A stretch of 64,000 bases of DNA from NCBI RefSeq assembly GCF_000143415.4, contig NW_003314274.1, positions 2,400,623 to 2,464,622 on the forward strand, given 5' to 3'. The position numbers and the translations under genes were made by a program. Position 1 is the first letter of the stretch, and every line of letters begins with the position of its first letter. This DNA is from Selaginella moellendorffii (taxonomy: Eukaryota > Plantae > Lycopodiophyta). Under the pieces are notes generated by a model. The model was not told the origin of the DNA and did not search any database. It saw nothing but the letters and a program-made list of their open reading frames with translations. This document shows positions 58,201 to 64,000 of the stretch, piece after piece.

Positions 58201-60553
58201 CTTTGTGTTCCATACCCTGTTGCTGTATACAGCTACTACTGCTCATTCGGCACGCCAAAGTTTCCTGGGGTGCGGGTGCAGCCCGGGTCCCATCACCCCC
58301 AAAGCAGTGTACCACCTCCTTCTCTTTACTTTGCAAATACCGAGTCCCATTGTTGGACCATCCCACTTGAGAGCATTCTTGTGAGACGTATTGCTGACTA
58401 TCCATCTGAGTAAATCCAACAACGTCGTTAAGCAGCCGATGACTCACCATTCTCTGCTTCATCTGTGACTGTGATAGCAGTTCAAGCGAGTTTTCTGGCA
58501 CGTGAGGTTTTAACTGGTAGAAAGAGTCCCCATGCTCTGACGAAACTCTGTTCCCATTCTGATTTGGTGGCTCCGTCCAGAACTTTGTCCTCTCACTGAG
58601 TACTGTTCTTTCCAATGCGGCCGGGCCATAGTGACCGAAGTTCACAACGTTGATTTTCTCCAGTCGTTGTTGTTGGGTAAACTGCTGAACATCTTGCTGT
58701 GGCTGGAAACCATAGCCATGTACTGATCCCGGGTGAAGGCTGGCATCAACTGCACAAACATATACAGAAACCTTGTCAGCCGAATGGTCAAGCGGAATTA
58801 CGTACTCTTTTGATACGCTCTTTCATAAACGAGTGAGGTTGGCTGATCCATCTCTGTAGTCTGCATCTGTGACCGGAAGGCTGTGCCGAATGATGCTCCT
58901 GCTTTCTGTGCTTGCTGTGACGGCTGCCCCAGCCTCAACTCAAAGCTCGACGCAAAACTGTCCTTGTCCTGTCTGACGTTCTCGTCCCAAGGTTTCCTTG
59001 CTTGATCAGAATGCAAGATCCTTTCCCGCAAACCAAGCTGTTGTTCAGCGGACGAATAGGCTCGACCACCATTGATGAAGTCGAAATGCATTGGCTTGAC
59101 GGCACCCACAATCCGTTGAAACTGCGGTGAAAGAAGCTCAGCGCCTTTCGAGCTTCTGTTGCAGCCTTGGAAAACAGCGTCCTGGTAATTCCCATAGTTC
59201 AGACTCGCAGGGAGGTTTGTCATCTGAACGGGCTGGCAACTGGTAAAAGTTTCAGGCAATTTAGGAGTGTGTACGTTTCTACTCGTTTCACTTCCATCAC
59301 CAGAGTCCCATCCAGCTTCATCATCCGGCACAGGAACCTGTGCGCATACGTTAGCTAGAAAAGACGGGAAAAGATGATAACACGAACCCCGACTCGTGTA
59401 AAGACTTTTCTGCGCCACTGGACTAGTGTCTCCCCCGTTTCCAAGTAGACAGCATTGCCGGGATTGACAGAATGAGAACCAGCATGCTGATGCAATGAAA
59501 AGAAAGTAAGAGAGTGAGAGAGAATAAAAAAAGAACGCACAGATCGTCTAAATCTCTACCGGCACTTGCCTGGACAAACTTGGCAACTGTCATCGCGCAG
59601 CCGTGACACAAACACACCACCTCCAGCCGACCCCTATCAGTGAGAAGCAGCTCTCCATCTGTTGTCGGGAAAAGCCCGAGCAAGATGACGTCAAAGAGAT
59701 GATCCAAGACGCAAGGTATAGAGAGGAAGAGAAAACTTACTGGCGATCAATCCTTGAGCGCCGGGAGTGTATACTCGCAGACCCGCCGGGAAGGCATGCG
59801 AAGTAGAGTTCGCGCTGTTGATAGATTTTCTCTGTGGAGGTAGCAGCGCCTGTCCGTGGAGCTGCTGCTGGTTTCGAAAGTCTGTAGAGCAGCTAGTCTG
59901 GGCGTCATAGGTTGATCGAGACAAAGAGCTGTCCTTGAAGAAGTCGACGTCGGATTTCTTGGTCCTTGATCTGTTCTTGAGCAAGCCCAAGTCCCGGTCC
60001 AGAGAAGCAGTGGTAGCAACGTCGGTGAGAAGGGCACGATTGGTAGTAGCGGGATGGAGCTCCTGGACGCCAGACCAAGGCACGGCAGCATTGGCACTCG
60101 CAGTGGAGGAAACTAGATGATGTTGCAAGTGTGGATGATGAGAAGTGACGATCCCTCCGGCCGAGTGATGGAGAGAGTGCTGCTGATGGTGCTGTTGCTG
60201 CTGCTGGACGAGAGCTAGCAGCTGATTGCTGCCTTGATCGCTGCTACGAATCGACTGCTGCTGCTTAAGGCCTCCTTCCAGGCCGCCGAAGTTGATGAGA
60301 TGATTGGCGCCCAGTGTCTCCTGCCGGATTGTCACGCACACCTCCTGCGCGACGAAGGGATGATGGTGATGGTGAGGCGGATGATTCAGCTGGCTCACGG
60401 TGCCAGCCGCATTGGCCGCATTGACCTGGAATTGCAGCGCAGCGAGGATCACAATGTGAGGCTCCCGGGGCCAAGGGGAGATGAATGTAGGCTTACCTGA
60501 GCTCCGCCAAACGATTGCTGCGGTCGACTGTGGTGCTTCCACAGATCCTCCAT
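55291..60553 (-). CDS. Large nuclear chromatin protein: Cys/His (TDBD/SAND-like) N-terminal module plus C-terminal PHD and extended PHD
   Basis: LEVVCLCHG...HAG...NPGNAV; FELRLGQPSQ; CSVCG...CSACPVKVHQACYG...WTCRPC; CVLCGYRGGAM; WVHMVCALW; FHAWC. Likely first exon MEDLWKH...GAQ (60553-60497). Confidence 0.75.
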
Positions 60554-60636
60554 CCAAGCTCTCCCGCTCAGGAGACCCCCATAGCCCTAAAAACCCTTGC
60601 TTGGTGAAATAGGGTTCTTGAAAGGGCGAGGCAATC

Positions 60637-63600
60637 ATGGAGGACGAGGACGACGATCCGATTGCCGTAATGCAGCTCCACAGCTGGCCGGAGGTCCCGC
60701 TCTGCGAAGTCCAGCAGCTGACCGATGCAGCTCTATCGCCATCGCTCCGGCGATTGCTGCTTGTGTCGAGGACGTTGGGATCAGCGCGCTTGCTCACATT
60801 GAAGAAAAATCTCTCGGTAAGTTTGCCACAGCCGATGGGATCATTCGCGTGGGGATGCCAGACAGATTGTTACACGAGCAATGGGGGATCGTCGGGGCCA
60901 TTTGAGGAGCTGCTCTTCACTTGCAGCGATAGAGGTCTTATGATCTACGGGTTCGCAAGCAAGGTTAGCGAGCATGGCCTAGATTCTAGCAGCTCTAGCT
61001 CTATCTACGAGGTTGAGCTGGGATATCACGACGTCGACAAACCGAAGCTCGTCTTTTTGGAAGCCGAGGCATGGCCGGATTTCGTACCATTGAGCATCGC
61101 GAGAGACTCGCCTTCTTTCTCGAAGTTAGTTCAGTTCGCCATCAAGGACTCTGGTACCGACCAAGCATGTCTTGATGGAAGAAGCTATGGATTGGTTAGC
61201 TTGGTTTCAAGTTTCTCCGGCAGCTTGGTGGCAATGATCTTGCAAGAGGCTTCTAGTGGCGATCAAGCTGTAGTGATCGCCAGGATATCCGAATGGGACG
61301 TACGCTGGATCGCTCGGATTCTCCTCGACGTGCAGGGAAAAGACTGGGTGGACTTTTCTCTGGTGCTGGACAGGTTCCTGGGTCTCACAGGCAGTGGCAA
61401 GATTTTTATCTGGGAAGCTTCGACGGGAAAGTTTCTATCTGTTGTTCATGTTTCAGGGACGACGGCCACCTTTTCGCGACTATATCCTGCCAAGCCTCGG
61501 GGACTTGTAGGTGTTGCGGACGAGCTCGGACAGATTTTCCTCGTCTCGCTGGAGAGTCACTTCTCTCAGCCTGGTATCGGTAACTGGCGCTCAAGCTGGG
61601 AGCTTGCCGATTCCGAAGTTTGGATCCGCGAGGCTGGGACTAAGCCGACGCTTAGTCCCAGTGGATTCACTCCCAAGCACTTTTTGGCTGCGGGAAAATC
61701 ACCCGGTTACAAAGGCAGGAAGCTCCGGAAGGTTGTATTGCCTTGTGTTTCTTCCAGTTCCAGTTCCGATGCTGCCATTGCAATAAGTTCGTGCTCGATA
61801 ACTCGGTTGGTCAGAAGGGATGGCTCCGCCACAGTGGTGCAGAGTCCGTTGTATTGCTCGACAGGCACAGATGCCGCGACCAAGACTTGGACATACTCCA
61901 ACGAAACAGTGGGCTTCAGCTTTCAAGGGTCACTTTATCTCGTATCAGCAAACTCTCTGACCGTGGTTCTTCCTCCAGTCATTGATTCAAGTCATCAGGC
62001 ACCTAGACAGCAGTGGTGGTGTACGTCCACAAGAGAGCTTCCTAGCTTTTTGTCATGCCAAACTCCGGTCCCGCAACTACAGCAGTGGCAAATGGCAGTA
62101 CTGGACAGATGCCTCATTTATGACGGATTGGATGAGGCGGAGCACTTGTTCGTTGAAAATGGTGAGCTTTTGTGAAGTTCGTTGAAGCTTGGAAATAGAT
62201 TAATTCTAACACTGTAGGCTGGAACATCAGACTTGCACGACTGCGAAAGTTACAGTTGGCGTTAGACTATCAGCGAACAAATGAGATTGCACCGTAAGTT
62301 TCGTTATTTCATTTCTCAACAAAAGTTTACACAGACCAAGCTCCTGTCCAGGTTGTTGAATAAGCTTATTCCTGTGGGTGGAGCTGAAACAGGTGTGCTA
62401 CGTCTGATGTTTACTGCTGTGGAACTTATGTTGAATCAATTCGGCAGTGATAACGAGCTTTCTCAAGCAGCGCGGTAAATATGTTCCTTGTTACTTATCG
62501 ATGGATATCATCTACTTTGTGTTTCAGGTTGCTTGCCCTTGGTGCACGTTTCACCAGGGAATTGATTAAAGTTTATGGACTTCGAAGTTTTCCCGACGAC
62601 AACCTTCAGACGTCACAGCCTCTCCTGGAACTTTCGCAGTTTCTGGAAACTATTAGAACCTTGCAAGACCATCTACATTCACGCAAGACTAGGCCAAATA
62701 CTGAAAAGGTAAGCAGTTTTGGAATTGGCTGCTTCCTTGAATTTTTTTGTTTCTTTTACTTTTTGCAGGATGAGGCTGTACCAGAGGTGGAAAGGCGGGT
62801 GCAAGCAACTCCTTCAGTCGAGCCACACTATAATGACGACCGCTTGGTTTCTACTGTTATAGCGTCACCTGAGGACGAAGAAAACAGTAGAAGACACCCT
62901 TCGCAGGAAACTCCGAAAGAGATGATCGCCCGTTGGGACAGTGAAAACATTGATGTTCTTGGTATCGTGAAGGATGCTTTACGTGCAGGACGCATACCTT
63001 TGGCAGTTGTACAACTTCACCACCGGAGGTGTGGAGAGACTGGTAAGAGGCAACTGGAGGCCGACGTTTTTAAGGAAGTTCGTGACATCGGCAGATCAAT
63101 CGTCTATGAGTTGCTTTGCAAGGTGACTTTCGGTTTTGGTTACGGTGGTAGCATTCTGATTTTTGGTACAGGGAAAGACGCCAATTGCATTGGCAGCGTT
63201 GCGCAGACTTGGAGAAGACATACCAACGGTGCTACATGATCTGGCATTTGGAACCGTACGGCGGTCATTACGAGCTCATACTACGAAAGAGCTGCGGAGG
63301 CACGGTCACCTTGATCCAAAAGAGTATCGCCTCTTACAAACTATTTCGCGAATTGAGGTAAACTAAGTTTGTTGCATCTTCGTTTTCTGACTTTATGTTA
63401 TTGAAGAGTGTGTACCCAAGCAACAACTTCTGGAAAAGTTACCACATACGACATGAAGATTCCGTTGGTACTTCAATGCCTAGCGATCGAAAGCTTCAGA
63501 TTTGGTGTACATCGCCCGTTGGAGATTGTTCGATTGACTGTGGTGAGATTGATGGTGTGGTATTGGGATCATGGAATAGAATTATCGCTAAAGACGTGGA

Positions 63601-64000
63601 GGATGAAGTGAACAAAGAAGAGCGCTCTGCAGCATACTGGGCTGGTGCGCTGGTTTGGCTTCAATCGTTGGATGAGTTAACTATTGATCGGGTAACTAGA
63701 TTCAAGTTTCAGTTTCTTCTCGCTCGTGACTAATGTTTGCTACCTGTAGATGATTCTGGAGCAATCTCAAGCATCAAATGTTGCATGGGATTCTCAGCTG
63801 AAGTATGCGGTGGTACACCACTCGTGGTCCGCTTCAACAAGCTTGATCAGTGATATTCCTTCCTCGGAATTACAAGAATCTGAGCTGGAGATTCAGGTGC
63901 CAACTTCAAGAAATGGTATAGTGGTGGTGACAATACCCAAGGTCAAGCGGCTCGCGCCGAACTTAGATGCTTGCTCCAACTGGCTTCGTTATCTGGTTGA
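60637..64000 (+). CDS. SPG11: Spatacsin (SPG11-like), 5' part, runs off the window
   Basis: ENG-WNIRLARLRKLQLALDY; ETPKEMIARW; KDALRAGRIPLAVVQLH; LAFGTVRRSLR; IE-SVYPSNNFW; CGEIDGVVLGSW. Confidence 0.85.

Noticed and set aside
60636-60639. CATG palindrome supplying an ATG to both the spatacsin ORF and the minus-strand ORF 59691-60797
   Set aside because: The minus gene has a better first exon (ATG 60553, CAG|gtaag donor, in-frame acceptor at 60426), so the shared start is probably coincidence.

Overview
Eukaryotic, very compact land-plant genomic DNA. The tiny (~50-70 bp) GT-AG introns, very short intergenic spacers, GC-rich exons and telo-boxes fit a lycophyte such as Selaginella; this assignment is inference. 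The window has two parts. (1) About 1-13,950 is an accessory island. It holds a tandem cluster of three Fic/AMPylase-domain loci (one long single-exon ORF, one pseudogene, one spliced gene with a canonical HPFxDGNGRxxR motif). It also holds a very young 5.0-kb Ty3/gypsy LTR retrotransposon (near-identical 174/173-bp LTRs, 4-bp TSD, tRNA-Ala-like PBS, G GGA AAC slippery site plus pseudoknot, in-frame TAG in gag), and two copies of a gene resembling an uncharacterised fungal protein family. Extremely AT-rich, CpG-poor tracts flank the Fic cluster and the retrotransposon. (2) About 13,980-64,000 is a dense run of mostly conserved plant genes: DAZ1/ZAT-like C2H2 zinc finger, Raf-like kinase, tRNA-IPT (IPT9), NIF/SCP phosphatase, COG1, SINE-type KASH protein, PIAL SUMO ligase, GH17 glucanase, CLPTM1 (with a U12 intron), PI4K-alpha, a small CC-tail protein, a cryptic frameshifted type-I MADS gene, a LisH/CTLH protein, SF3B3, SYP7, KASI, a PHD/ePHD chromatin protein and the 5' part of spatacsin. 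Many of these are head-to-head with under 140 bp between start codons. No rRNA, tRNA gene or CRISPR array was seen. All family calls come from motif recognition by eye, not database searches.
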